From an archaeon (GTDB lineage: Archaea > Aenigmatarchaeota > Aenigmatarchaeia > Aenigmatarchaeales > DATDXV01): a DNA stretch of 49,051 nucleotides. Position 1 is the stretch's first letter, and each line of letters opens with the position of its first letter. The DNA lies in contig DATDXV010000021.1 of NCBI GenBank assembly GCA_035289205.1, positions 1 to 49,051 of the forward strand, in the 5' to 3' direction. A model generated the notes under the pieces. That model was given only the letters and a program-made list of their open reading frames with translations, had not been told where the DNA came from and did no database searches. The position numbers and the translations under genes are program-made. Below, in pieces: positions 35,800 to 44,906 of this stretch.

Positions 35800-36519
35800 T
35801 TATTTCTCCGCAACGCTCCACAGGAACTCGAAGTGGTGCCTGTATGAATCAGCTATCTCCTTGCTCTCTATCATTACAACCAGGGGCTGCTCAGACCAGA
35901 TTATTATTGCAACCTTGTCACCCCATATGTTTGTGGCAGCTGGACCAAGGTATTTCTCAGGCAAGAACTTCCATTGCGCCATCGGAACCTTTATTCCACG
36001 CGCCTTCTCTCCGTAGATCATCTTAAGCAGTACCTTCTTCTTTACCCTCCTCATCGTGTATTGCGGAGCATAGTACTTCAGGATCTCGCCAAAATGTGTT
36101 GTCCCTCCGAGCACAAGGATTTCCTTGTAGTTAAGCTGATCGTCAAGGATTGTCTTCAGTCCTCTTTTCCCCCTATAGATCCTAGCCTCCTGCTTTGCCT
36201 CTACAGCTCCATATTGCTTCTCAAGCTTCGGAACAACCGCGCTCAGATCCTCCATCTTGAAATTCATGATCTCAATAAGCCTCTGCGGATTTTCTGCTTG
36301 GAAATATCTCCTTGTTCCATGCATCACATAGCTTACAAGGCCCTTCGCAACCAGCCTTTCAATGGAATCATACACGTTCCTTCTATGCATCCCTATCTTC
36401 TGAGCAATCTGTCCTGCCAACCCTGTCCGCATCCTTATCAAAGCCAGGTATACCTTTGCCTCCCCTTTGCTCAGGCCCACGTATCCCAATAGTTTTTCCT
36501 CAAGGGTTGTTTCTGGCAT
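35800..36519 (-). CDS. TrmB-family transcriptional regulator
   Basis: GLSKGEAKVYLALIRMRTGLAGQIAQKIGMHRRNVYDSIERLVAKGLVSYV. Confidence 0.7.
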   Translation of the reverse strand: MPETTLEEKLLGYVGLSKGEAKVYLALIRMRTGLAGQIAQKIGMHRRNVYDSIERLVAKGLVSYVMHGTRRYFQAENPQRLIEIMNFKMEDLSAVVPKLEKQYGAVEAKQEARIYRGKRGLKTILDDQLNYKEILVLGGTTHFGEILKYYAPQYTMRRVKKKVLLKMIYGEKARGIKVPMAQWKFLPEKYLGPAATNIWGDKVAIIIWSEQPLVVMIESKEIADSYRHHFEFLWSVAEK

Positions 36520-36620
36520 AGAAGGTATTCATTCTCCAAGGAATATAAGCATTGTGGTATTCTCTATCACCACACTAATTAAACAGCCAGCTGGAGTAAA
36601 CTCTGTTTAGGTGGTTAACA

Positions 36621-37553
36621 ATGATAGCTGAGCATCCCTCTTTCCGGGAACCGAAAATTGGCGAGATAAGATCGAAGATTCAGGTCCAGTCTTATGCTGA
36701 CCTTGTTACAGGTATAAAGAACCTGAACAGGGACCAGTACATAGAGATACCCCTGTGTGAGGAGATCGTTTCTCCAGAATTTGCCGATGGAATTCACTAC
36801 AAGAAAGCAGGCCCTCATCTTTCTGTGAGCATACCTGATGCGAGATACAGATGCGTCGGGGTGCGTTCAATAGATGACAGGATAAGGGACGCAATGAAAC
36901 AAGCAGAAGGCGATCTGCGAGGATACGGCTGGACAGGTTTCAGGGACAGCAGGCACAGGCTGATTGGTCTTGCAGACTTGATTGACGGGATGGAACTCTT
37001 CACTTACATAAGAGATGTTGAAAACGATGAGAATATCAAGATACAAGACTACTCGCAAAGGATTGTTGCATTCGTCCCATCAAGGACAAAGGAGAAGGAA
37101 TACAACGTTGCACTGAATTCTCTGCCGATAGCAACGAGCGACAACCCCCTGGCGGATGCGATAGATCTGTTCGGGAGCTGCAACTGCGAGGACAAGGTAT
37201 TCAACGGGGAGCTAAACACAAAATACAAATCAGGCGAGGAGAGATTCTGCGCGCACGAAGTAGCTGCATACTATGAAACTGCTGCATTCAAGGAGGAGAA
37301 ACAGTTCGCGCACATTGCGCAGAACCCATTTCCGATAGCAAGAGGCAAGGCAATCAAGTTCAACAGGAAGCTAAAAAACAATGTTGTAAAGGAAGTTGAA
37401 TACTCTGGGAAGATGCATAGAAGAGCGTTGACAAAGATCGAGAAGGAACTGCTGAACTGGATATACCTGCAAAGGGAAGGAGCGGATGAGATGTTCAAGT
37501 TCGAGGATGCAGGAATGGCTGCGCAGGCTGCAATGTACTATGCAGAGCTTTAG
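36621..37553 (+). CDS. SWIM zinc-finger protein
   Basis: CNCEDKVFNGELNTKYKSGEERFCAHE fits CxCxnCxH. Confidence 0.5.
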   Translation: MIAEHPSFREPKIGEIRSKIQVQSYADLVTGIKNLNRDQYIEIPLCEEIVSPEFADGIHYKKAGPHLSVSIPDARYRCVGVRSIDDRIRDAMKQAEGDLRGYGWTGFRDSRHRLIGLADLIDGMELFTYIRDVENDENIKIQDYSQRIVAFVPSRTKEKEYNVALNSLPIATSDNPLADAIDLFGSCNCEDKVFNGELNTKYKSGEERFCAHEVAAYYETAAFKEEKQFAHIAQNPFPIARGKAIKFNRKLKNNVVKEVEYSGKMHRRALTKIEKELLNWIYLQREGADEMFKFEDAGMAAQAAMYYAEL

Positions 37554-37704
37554 TATAGGTTGCAAAGCGTTCCGTAGTCAGCAAGAGTTCTTTCTTTATA
37601 TTTCGGAATCACGTTCTTGATCTTTTCATCCGGAGCTTGGCTACAAACTTCATCCACTTTATCTTTTGTCATGGCAATATCACCGATTTAGGCTTTTTAA
37701 AGAT

Positions 37705-37885
37705 TGGTGCTCCCAGCGGGATTTGAACCCACGTTTCCAGTAATCCGAACCGAAGTTCAGATATCACCGGCTAACTTCGCTATCATAGGCTTGCGCCTCA
37801 ACCCTTTCGAGTCGCTCGATTGGCCAGCAAAAAGTTATCTTTTTGCTTAAGGCCGGTATCCTTGACCGGGCTAGACGATGGGAGC
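37705..37885 (-). tRNA. tRNA-Leu(UAA), 181 nt: 73-nt canonical intron plus an abnormally long (34 nt) variable region, encoded CCA
   Basis: Acceptor GCTCCCA/TGGGAGC, anticodon stem CCGGC/GCCGG, loop CTTAAG|intron 37773-37845|A, T arm GTGGG TTCAAAT CCCGC. TATA at -26. Confidence 0.7.
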
Positions 37886-37908
37886 CTATGATTGATTACT
37901 AGTCTATC

Positions 37909-37918
37909 TTTTATAAAA
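37909..37918 (-). promoter_or_regulatory. TATA box for tRNA-Leu(UAA)
   Basis: TTTTATAAAA about 24-33 nt upstream of the tRNA 5' end. Confidence 0.45.
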
Positions 37919-38012
37919 TAACCTTCCACAGGAAATCCGGAAAAAATTAACTCTTCCACTGCAAAATGGCATTTAAGAATTATAATCTGATTTATTTTAT
38001 ACAGATGAAAAT

Positions 38013-38735
38013 ATGAACATTAGAAAATTCTGCAATACTGATTTTGCTTATTGGATAGGTATAATTCAGACAGACGGCTATTTCCAGCATTATGAATATA
38101 ATAAAAAGAAAATGGTTTTAGCCAGAGCGTTTAATAAGAACTTGGCTATTATAGAGAGGTTCAAAGATATTTCCTATAGATTGTTTAATAGAAAATCGAA
38201 GATAGTAAAATACAAAGACAGGTCCGCTATGGAATATAGAATAGGTGTAAAGGAATTTGTTCCATTGTTCCATAAACTAAAGATTAAATTATCTAAACCG
38301 CCTACTCCACCGAACTGGATATTAAATTCTAATAAGTTCTTTGGTGCCTATTTAGCAGCTATTATAGACGGTGATGGCGGTGTTAGAATAAAACGATATA
38401 AATATCCTCAATGTGTTATTAGAATAATAAGTGGTGAATTTCCTCATAAATTATCAAAGGCAGTTGAAAGAATACTCAGATGCAGTATCTACTCTGAGTA
38501 TAGAGAACGAACAACCTTCATAGGTAATAGAAAAATCTCTGGAAAATCTTATACATTAGAATTTAATATAACTAAGAAAAATATTGGCTTTGTTAAGAAT
38601 TTCATACTTCCACATATAGTATCTTCTCATAAATCTGACAAAATAAAAGAGTTCCTTATAATGAAAGATTATCAATTCATGACAAGGTCTTCCAGTTCTC
38701 CTTGTAATGCTAGTATTTTTCACGCCGATCATTAA
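38013..38735 (+). CDS. free-standing LAGLIDADG homing endonuclease (two-motif, monomeric type)
   Basis: FAYWIGIIQTDGYF and FGAYLAAIIDGDGGV; markedly AT-rich relative to flanks. Confidence 0.8.
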   Translation: MNIRKFCNTDFAYWIGIIQTDGYFQHYEYNKKKMVLARAFNKNLAIIERFKDISYRLFNRKSKIVKYKDRSAMEYRIGVKEFVPLFHKLKIKLSKPPTPPNWILNSNKFFGAYLAAIIDGDGGVRIKRYKYPQCVIRIISGEFPHKLSKAVERILRCSIYSEYRERTTFIGNRKISGKSYTLEFNITKKNIGFVKNFILPHIVSSHKSDKIKEFLIMKDYQFMTRSSSSPCNASIFHADH

Positions 38736-38742
38736 AAAGTAA

Positions 38743-38837
38743 TGGTGGGCCGAGCAGGATTTGAACCTGCGACCTTTACCGTGTGAGGGGTCCGCTCCTC
38801 GAAGAGGATTAACGTCATACCGCTAGACCATCGGCCC
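38743..38837 (-). tRNA. tRNA-Val(CAC) with 20-nt non-canonical intron inside the anticodon stem (about position 29/30), encoded CCA
   Basis: Acceptor GGGCCGA/TCGGCCC, Val-like D arm GGTCTAGCGGTATGAC. Anticodon stem TTA|intron 38790-38809|CC pairs with GGTAA, loop CTCACAC, variable AGGTC, T arm GCAGG TTCAAAT CCTGC. Confidence 0.7.
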
Positions 38838-38842
38838 ATAAT

Positions 38843-38928
38843 TGGCGCTGAGGGGGAGATTCGAACTCCCGGATCATTTCTGAAACCAGCTTAGCAGACT
38901 GGCGCCGTAACCACTTGGCTACCTCAGC
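38843..38928 (-). tRNA. tRNA-Ser(GCU), intron-less, encoded CCA
   Basis: Acceptor GCTGAGG/CCTCAGC, anticodon stem CCAGT/GCTGG, loop CTGCTAA, long variable arm, T arm GGGAG TTCGAAT CTCCC, G73. Confidence 0.85.
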
Positions 38929-38951
38929 ATGCTATATCATTCGATCTGATA

Positions 38952-38960
38952 CTTTAAAAG
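38952..38960 (-). promoter_or_regulatory. TATA box for the tRNA-Ser/tRNA-Val pair
   Basis: CTTTAAAAG 24-32 nt upstream of the tRNA-Ser 5' end. tRNA-Val starts 5 nt after tRNA-Ser ends, so they are probably co-transcribed. Confidence 0.45.
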
Positions 38961-39053
38961 TTTAGCAATTTTTCTCGCCAAAGTGAAGGAAACCTTTGCT
39001 AAAACCTTTAAATATTTGATTGTTGCCAATATTCATATCAGTTTTGTGATTTT

Positions 39054-39380
39054 ATGGCAATAACAATAAAAAACCTGTCTGAAATGTTCGGAAAAGACGT
39101 CTTCACTGACAAGGGCGTATACACGGGAAAGGTTGTTGACATCGACGTAAGCCTATCGAAATTCAGGGTAAAATCGCTTGTTGTTGAAGTAGCGAGGGGC
39201 TCATTCTTATCAAATCTCGTTGGCGGAAAGAAAGGCGTGATAATTCCATACAGCCTTGTCCAGAACGTGGGGGATGTTGTGATAATCAGGCACATCTCAA
39301 CACCAACCTCATCTGAGGATGCAAAAGGACCTGCAGGTCTGAGCGGATCAGAAGAGCCGATGACAATTTCTTCGTTCTAA
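39054..39380 (+). CDS. PRC-barrel domain protein
   Basis: LSEMFGKDVFTDKGVYTGKVVDIDVSLSKFRVKSLVVE...IIPYSLVQNVGDVVII. Confidence 0.65.
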   Translation: MAITIKNLSEMFGKDVFTDKGVYTGKVVDIDVSLSKFRVKSLVVEVARGSFLSNLVGGKKGVIIPYSLVQNVGDVVIIRHISTPTSSEDAKGPAGLSGSEEPMTISSF

Positions 39381-39389
39381 ATTAAGCCT

Positions 39390-39938
39390 TTAACACAGCC
39401 ACTTGTTCGTTCCACTGTCATAGCTGCAGATCTTCTGATAAGCAGCTTCAACCGCGCTTATCAGCCTGATTGAAACGCTGTAACCGTTGCTCAGGACAGA
39501 AGCAGGGACATTGTCTATCTTTGCCTCAAAGTAGCCTGTTCCATCAGTTCTCGTGTTTTTGAAGAAAAACTGTGAAGTCACAGCGTCCTTCACCCCAACT
39601 TCTATGTCAGAGTTCGGAATGACTGTTCCGTTGGAATACGTAACAGTCCCGCTGAATCTCATGCTATAGATCTGCGAGCTAGGTATGCTCGATAGCGCGG
39701 GGCACCAGGCACCAAGGCAGGTTGAAAGACTGATTCCTGATGTATACACAGAAGCATCATATGCTATGAACTGTATTTTCAGGTTAGCAGAGCTGACCTC
39801 CCCTGCGGAGCCGAATGTTGCAGCATTCCTGAAGCTCGAAGAGGTCTGGTCAGGAACAAGAGGACCCGCAGCGAATGCTATCGAGACTAGAGCAGAAAAT
39901 GCCAAGGTCAATATCGCAGCCTGCTTTAGCATAAACAA
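39390..39938 (-). CDS. secreted hypothetical protein
   Basis: Signal peptide MFMLKQAAILTLAFSALVSIAFA; no motif. Confidence 0.5.
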   Translation of the reverse strand: MFMLKQAAILTLAFSALVSIAFAAGPLVPDQTSSSFRNAATFGSAGEVSSANLKIQFIAYDASVYTSGISLSTCLGAWCPALSSIPSSQIYSMRFSGTVTYSNGTVIPNSDIEVGVKDAVTSQFFFKNTRTDGTGYFEAKIDNVPASVLSNGYSVSIRLISAVEAAYQKICSYDSGTNKWLC

Positions 39939-39950
39939 CTTACCTAGAAC

Positions 39951-40700
39951 TCACTTAAATCCTTTAGCCCTGACTATTTCTGCTAGAGTGGCGTAAATGA
40001 CCTTTCCTGCAAGAAGCGTATAGACATCCTCCTCTGATGAAGAGAGGGGGGTGAATTCCACAAAATCAACAGCAGCAAGATTCTTTCCCAGGGCTCTCAC
40101 GGCTTCCAGAAGATTATTCACAGTTATCCCGTCCGGTTCTGGGTTTCCCACGGCGGGAACAATTGAAGGGTCAAGAACGTCATAGTCTATTGAAAGGTAT
40201 GCTCTTCCCTCGATATTAGAAAGGTCTTTCAGCGAAGCTACTTTGATACTCTTCTCTTTTATGAACTCCTCCTCCTTCCTGGACATGCATCTGATCCCAT
40301 ACATGTAGATGTTCTCAGGCCCTATCATCTCGCTGATCCTTCTGACAACCCCATTATGCCCGTTTGAATCCTCGCAGTCTGGATGCGCATCCAACACAAC
40401 TAAAACATCAGGCTTCAGCTCCTTGACAGCTCCCAATGTGACTGTGTGCTCTCCTCCCAGAATAATTGGGAACTGTTTCAGCCCTCTCAGCTTTGCACTT
40501 GTCTGGCTCATGAGCTGTTCAAGAGTTTCAGGATGTATGTCACCCAAGTCCTTGATGAATGCAGAATCTGTCAAATCTATTCCTCTGATGTATGTTTCCA
40601 ACTTGGGAAAGATGGAACGCAGCATCTGTGGTCCTTTGGCTGAGCCTCTCCTGAAAGTTTGCGTCCTGTCGTAGCAGATGCCTAGCAGAGCAAAGTCCAT
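39951..40700 (-). CDS. speB: ureohydrolase-family enzyme (agmatinase-like)
   Basis: ILGGEHTVTLG, VVLDAHPDC, SIDYDVLDPS metal-binding motifs. Confidence 0.75.
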   Translation of the reverse strand: MDFALLGICYDRTQTFRRGSAKGPQMLRSIFPKLETYIRGIDLTDSAFIKDLGDIHPETLEQLMSQTSAKLRGLKQFPIILGGEHTVTLGAVKELKPDVLVVLDAHPDCEDSNGHNGVVRRISEMIGPENIYMYGIRCMSRKEEEFIKEKSIKVASLKDLSNIEGRAYLSIDYDVLDPSIVPAVGNPEPDGITVNNLLEAVRALGKNLAAVDFVEFTPLSSSEEDVYTLLAGKVIYATLAEIVRAKGFK

Positions 40701-40725
40701 AAACTAATCAGAATGGCGGAGGCTT

Positions 40726-41640
40726 TTAAAGGTGATTAGGTCTCTTCTGGCTAAGCAAATAATTGGTTACCTCAGACCTATAGGCAGGCGCTATGTCCTC
40801 TGGCCTTGTAACAGTCACATAGAACAGTGCAAAGTATACTGTCTTGACCATGCCTATGTATATGCCTGCGGCAATGGCCAGTCCGATCCCTATGATCACC
40901 CAGAGCGCCAAGGGAACCACAAGGTATGTGGCATTAAGGAATCCGAGCATGAACGCCATTATGAAAAACGGTATCAGCAATATCATCCAGACATATCCCA
41001 AAGCAACGTTTCCCACAAAATCTATGCCAAAGACGCCTGCGAGAGCCCCGGGAACGTTCTTCCTTATGTTGTTTATCTCAGGCAGCGTATCAACAACGCT
41101 GTTCTCGCTAATGATCGACGCAGGCAGCAAGAAGTTTCCTATAAGATCCCAGCCCTCTTCCACGACCTTGCCTAGGATATACATCAGTCCGTTTATGATT
41201 GCAAAAAGAATTCCCTTTCTTCCCGTTCCGGCCTTCAGCTGGTTTGCAAGGGCTGTGAAAATGATGGTAAAGAGCCCTATCCAGAATATGTCGGACTTGT
41301 TCTCCTTTGCCCTGGCCAAGCCCTCTCCATAAGAAACCTTCTTCCCCGCGAACGTATTATAGACCAGCCAGCACTGCGCGCCGTTGTAATGGACTTTTAT
41401 GAATGGGAACAGAATCATCAGAACCAGTAGGCTGACAAATATAGCAAGGAATCCTATTGTCCCAAGCGCCGCGCCCCCGAAGATTATCGAAGCCCCTCCC
41501 AGAAGCAGGACAAGGTAGAAAAGCAGCGCAATCTTGACCTGAGCTGTTGTAGGCTTTATTATTTCCGGGTTCTTGGCAATAACAACAAATGTATTCTTCA
41601 GAAGATTTAGCGTGTCCTTTATACTGCCAAACATTGACAT
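40726..41640 (-). CDS. multi-pass membrane protein, function unknown
   Basis: 304 aa, about 6-7 hydrophobic helices. Confidence 0.55.
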   Translation of the reverse strand: MSMFGSIKDTLNLLKNTFVVIAKNPEIIKPTTAQVKIALLFYLVLLLGGASIIFGGAALGTIGFLAIFVSLLVLMILFPFIKVHYNGAQCWLVYNTFAGKKVSYGEGLARAKENKSDIFWIGLFTIIFTALANQLKAGTGRKGILFAIINGLMYILGKVVEEGWDLIGNFLLPASIISENSVVDTLPEINNIRKNVPGALAGVFGIDFVGNVALGYVWMILLIPFFIMAFMLGFLNATYLVVPLALWVIIGIGLAIAAGIYIGMVKTVYFALFYVTVTRPEDIAPAYRSEVTNYLLSQKRPNHL

Positions 41641-41707
41641 CTCCCTGCGCTAGAATGGAGGCATTTGCTTATAAAGTTTATATAGAAGTGATTCCCATAG
41701 ATAAGGC

Positions 41708-42433
41708 ATGGCTTCTAAAAAGGCTAAACACAAGGCAAAACCGGTTCATAAAGTTCATAAAAAACCGGAGAAAAAGGCTGCGCCAAAGGCAGTGCCAAAG
41801 ATGCCTCCTGTAGAGAAGATGGCCGATGAGAAGGCGTTCGAGCTTCTGAAGAAATACAAGATCAGTCTGGTTCCGCAGATGGTTATAAAGAAGGATTCTG
41901 AGCTCCCTGCGGCTCTGAAGAAGATAGGCTTCCCCTGCGTCATGAAGGTCTCCTCCTCCAAGATTATTCATAGGACGGAAGTCGGAGGGGTTCTGAGGAA
42001 CATCAAATCAGATGCGGAGGCCATGGAAGCGTTCGGCAGACTCATGAAGATAAAGAACAACGAGAAGGTCATAGTCCAGAAGCATCTTGAAGATCTTGAG
42101 ATCATAGTCGGAGGGAAATACGATCCGCAGTTCGGCTACGTAGTTTCCGTTGGCCTTGGAGGGCAGTTTGTTGAAATCCTCAAGGACATAACATTCAGGA
42201 TAGCTCCTGTTACCCCTGCAGATGTCCATGCAATGCTCAAGGAGCTGAAGGGGTATGATGTGCTGAAGGGGTTCAGGAACTTCAAGCCCGTCAACATGGA
42301 AACGCTCGCCGAAGCTATTGTGAATGTTTCTAGGATGATTTCAAACGAGAAGATCAAGGAGATGGACCTGAATCCTCTCTTCTGCAGCGACAAGGGCTGC
42401 TGGGCAGCTGATGTCAGGCTAATCAAGCAATAG
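41708..42433 (+). CDS. ADP-forming acetyl-CoA synthetase beta-type subunit (ATP-grasp) with Lys-rich N-terminal tail
   Basis: AFELLKKYKISL...IGFPCVMKVSSSKIIHRTEVGGVLRNI...DLNPL; tail MASKKAKHKAKPVHKVHKKPEKKAAPKAVPK. Confidence 0.7.
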   Translation: MASKKAKHKAKPVHKVHKKPEKKAAPKAVPKMPPVEKMADEKAFELLKKYKISLVPQMVIKKDSELPAALKKIGFPCVMKVSSSKIIHRTEVGGVLRNIKSDAEAMEAFGRLMKIKNNEKVIVQKHLEDLEIIVGGKYDPQFGYVVSVGLGGQFVEILKDITFRIAPVTPADVHAMLKELKGYDVLKGFRNFKPVNMETLAEAIVNVSRMISNEKIKEMDLNPLFCSDKGCWAADVRLIKQ

Positions 42434-42434
42434 G

Positions 42435-42617
42435 CTAGACTTTCTTGTAATTGATTGCTATAAGAATCAGAATTGCAATCCAGATGAAACCTACTATCAA
42501 GCTGATTAGATTTGGAGGCAGGACACCGAAATTAAGTATGTCATCCACATTCTGTGCCAAGGCAGTTCTGCTGTTTAAAATCATAAACAAAGCTAGCATG
42601 ATGGATATATTTCTCAT
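42435..42617 (-). CDS. possible small membrane/secreted peptide
   Basis: 60 aa with a signal-like N-terminus and a C-terminal TM; weak. Confidence 0.3.
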   Translation of the reverse strand: MRNISIMLALFMILNSRTALAQNVDDILNFGVLPPNLISLIVGFIWIAILILIAINYKKV

Positions 42618-42658
42618 AAAGAAATTGCATTGCTATTGAATAAAAACATTAACTTTTA

Positions 42659-42847
42659 TCAGAATTTCTTCTTCGGATGCCAGACAAAATCATTTCCAGG
42701 GCTCATAAGATCATCTTGGACATCATTTATAGAAAATTCCTCGCCACAATCGTCGCAAGTGAAGCCGGAATCATCCATGGAAAAGTTGCTATTGCCACTG
42801 CAGGATGGGCAAAGAACAAGACGCGGCGACATCGAGGGGCTATCCAT
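42659..42847 (-). CDS. small zinc-ribbon protein
   Basis: CPSC...CDDC in 62 aa. Confidence 0.45.
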   Translation of the reverse strand: MDSPSMSPRLVLCPSCSGNSNFSMDDSGFTCDDCGEEFSINDVQDDLMSPGNDFVWHPKKKF

Positions 42848-42931
42848 GCTAGATTAGTAGCACAAATAAGTATTTATACGCATCAGGACTGAAAAAATTT
42901 ACTTTAAATTAAAGTTTGCATCATATTTTTC

Positions 42932-44107
42932 ATGCCGCTTCGACAAATCCTCTCCGAAAGGGAGGAGGAGCTTGAAAAACTGGAGATGCAGAAGCTTTTG
43001 AGGGTTGCAACAGAGTCAAAAAACATAATTTCTCTTGGTCCAGGGGAGCCAGACTTCGGACCACCCAAGCAAGTTGTTGCAGAACTGAAGAGAGCTGTGC
43101 AAAAGGGTTATTCAAGGTATTCGGCGGTTGAGGGAAGGAAAGAGCTCTTGGAACAGGTTGCAAAAAAACTTAGAAAGGAGAATAAAATCAGTACGGACAC
43201 CGAAAATATTGTTGTGACATCAGGAAGCAACGAGGCCATAATGCTCTCCCTGATGTGCGTTGTTGACCCCGGGGAGCAGGTGATGGTGCCTGACCCTGGA
43301 TATGTCACATACATACCAACAGTTGAACTATTGAATGGACAGGCCATCTCAATTCCTTTGCTTGACAGGAAGAATTTCGAGCCTACAATTGAATCGCTTA
43401 AATGGCTGCTAAAGGAGCCTAAAAGAACGCGGGCAATAATCCTGAACACTCCTTCGAATCCTACAGGAAGAACCTACAGCAGGAAGGTTCTGGAAGAGAT
43501 AGCGGATTTTGCGGTTCAGCACAATCTTCTGGTCATCTCGGACGAGGCTTATGAGAAGTTCGTCTATAATAAGTCCAAACATATTTCCATAGGAAGCTTC
43601 AACGGAATGCAGGACTATGTTGTGACAGTCCACAGCTTCTCCAAGACATTCGGGATGCCAGGCTTCCGAGTCGGCTATGCGTCAGGGCCAAAGAAGGTCA
43701 TTGATGCGATGAGAAAGCTGCATCTCTATGCCTCAATCTGCGCTCCGACAATATCGCAGATTGCTGCAACGAAAGCGCTGAAGGTAGGCACTGGATTCTT
43801 GAAGAAAATAGTGAAGGAATACGACAGAAGAAGGAAGCTTGTCGTGAAAAGAATCAAGGGCATAGACAGCCTGTCAATGGTGGAGCCGAACGGGGCGTTC
43901 TATGCATTTGTGAAGTATCAAAACATTCACAAAAGCTCTCTCAAGCTTTGCAGGAAAATTCTAGAAGAATACAAATTGGCTCTTGTTCCTGGATCCGATT
44001 TCGGAAGGTATGGTGAAGGTTATTTCAGGATTTCCTATGCAACATCACGGCCTCTCCTGGAAAAGGGTCTGGACAGATTGGAAAAGGCTTTCAAGAAAAT
44101 GAAGTGA
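42932..44107 (+). CDS. class I/II PLP-dependent aminotransferase (aspartate aminotransferase-like)
   Basis: NTPSNPTG, SDEAYE, SFSKTFGMPGFRVGY (PLP Lys), R near the C-terminus. Confidence 0.85.
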   Translation: MPLRQILSEREEELEKLEMQKLLRVATESKNIISLGPGEPDFGPPKQVVAELKRAVQKGYSRYSAVEGRKELLEQVAKKLRKENKISTDTENIVVTSGSNEAIMLSLMCVVDPGEQVMVPDPGYVTYIPTVELLNGQAISIPLLDRKNFEPTIESLKWLLKEPKRTRAIILNTPSNPTGRTYSRKVLEEIADFAVQHNLLVISDEAYEKFVYNKSKHISIGSFNGMQDYVVTVHSFSKTFGMPGFRVGYASGPKKVIDAMRKLHLYASICAPTISQIAATKALKVGTGFLKKIVKEYDRRRKLVVKRIKGIDSLSMVEPNGAFYAFVKYQNIHKSSLKLCRKILEEYKLALVPGSDFGRYGEGYFRISYATSRPLLEKGLDRLEKAFKKMK

Positions 44108-44906
44108 AAGGCCTTCCAAATTCAGGCAATGCTTCTTTAGGAACAAGATTCCATGGCTTAACAGGGCTCTTGGAATTTATGACAACCCATCTTCCTCTTC
44201 TTTTGTTGAAGACCAAAGTTGTGTCATGCAGTGTTTCCGAACTATCAGACCTTGCATATGTGTATCCGTATAATTCTTCCATTCTAAGGCTTAGCAGAAG
44301 TTCTCTTATTCTGTCTCCGGCATCTTTGCAGACACCCCTAACAACTTCCTTGCCAGAAGGCTTGTAAACTTTCTTTGCATGTTCCACCCTCTCATCAAAT
44401 TCTTCCATATCTCTCTCCCTCTCCTTCTTCTTCATTCCCAGTGCCTCTTGGTGCTCAATCCTCAGAGCACGCAACCTTTCAAAATTATACTCCATCAAAT
44501 CATTGACAATAAAGCCGACATCCTCAAACAAGAAATTCGATCTCATGGATTTGGAAAACAATAGCTTCTCATATTTCCTCTTGGCATCAGGGTAAAGAGG
44601 TAGATCTATTCTTCTCGGACTTATCTTGATATGTTCATCGTCAGAAAAGCCATATCTCTCCAGATCAAATGCAATGGCAAGCTGAGGTTCGCCAGCTATC
44701 GGCACAATAACGCTTCTATCATTCTTGGTAAAAAAGAAATAAACCTGATTAAGCGTGCCATGCTTGTCTAAAGAAACATAATCCACAGCACTGCGGTAAA
44801 GCTCGCTGGATGTAAGATTTGTTAAACCGTTTGGTTTGTAGTTTCGCAGAGCATCTTCCACTATATCCCGCGGGACAGTCTTCTGCTTAGCCAGCTGACT
44901 CACCAT
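44091..44906 (-). CDS. hypothetical protein (co-transcribed with the kinase-like gene)
   Basis: 271-aa ORF; 20-nt overlap with the upstream gene; no motif. Confidence 0.45.
   Translation of the reverse strand: MVSQLAKQKTVPRDIVEDALRNYKPNGLTNLTSSELYRSAVDYVSLDKHGTLNQVYFFFTKNDRSVIVPIAGEPQLAIAFDLERYGFSDDEHIKISPRRIDLPLYPDAKRKYEKLLFSKSMRSNFLFEDVGFIVNDLMEYNFERLRALRIEHQEALGMKKKERERDMEEFDERVEHAKKVYKPSGKEVVRGVCKDAGDRIRELLLSLRMEELYGYTYARSDSSETLHDTTLVFNKRRGRWVVINSKSPVKPWNLVPKEALPEFGRPFTSFS

Noticed and set aside
37554-37704. 39-codon minus-strand ORF (MTKDKVDEVCSQAPDEKIKNVIPKYKERTLADYGTLCNLY) downstream of tRNA-Leu(UAA)
   Set aside because: It is too short, has no motif or start-context support, and sits in the tRNA 3' flank.
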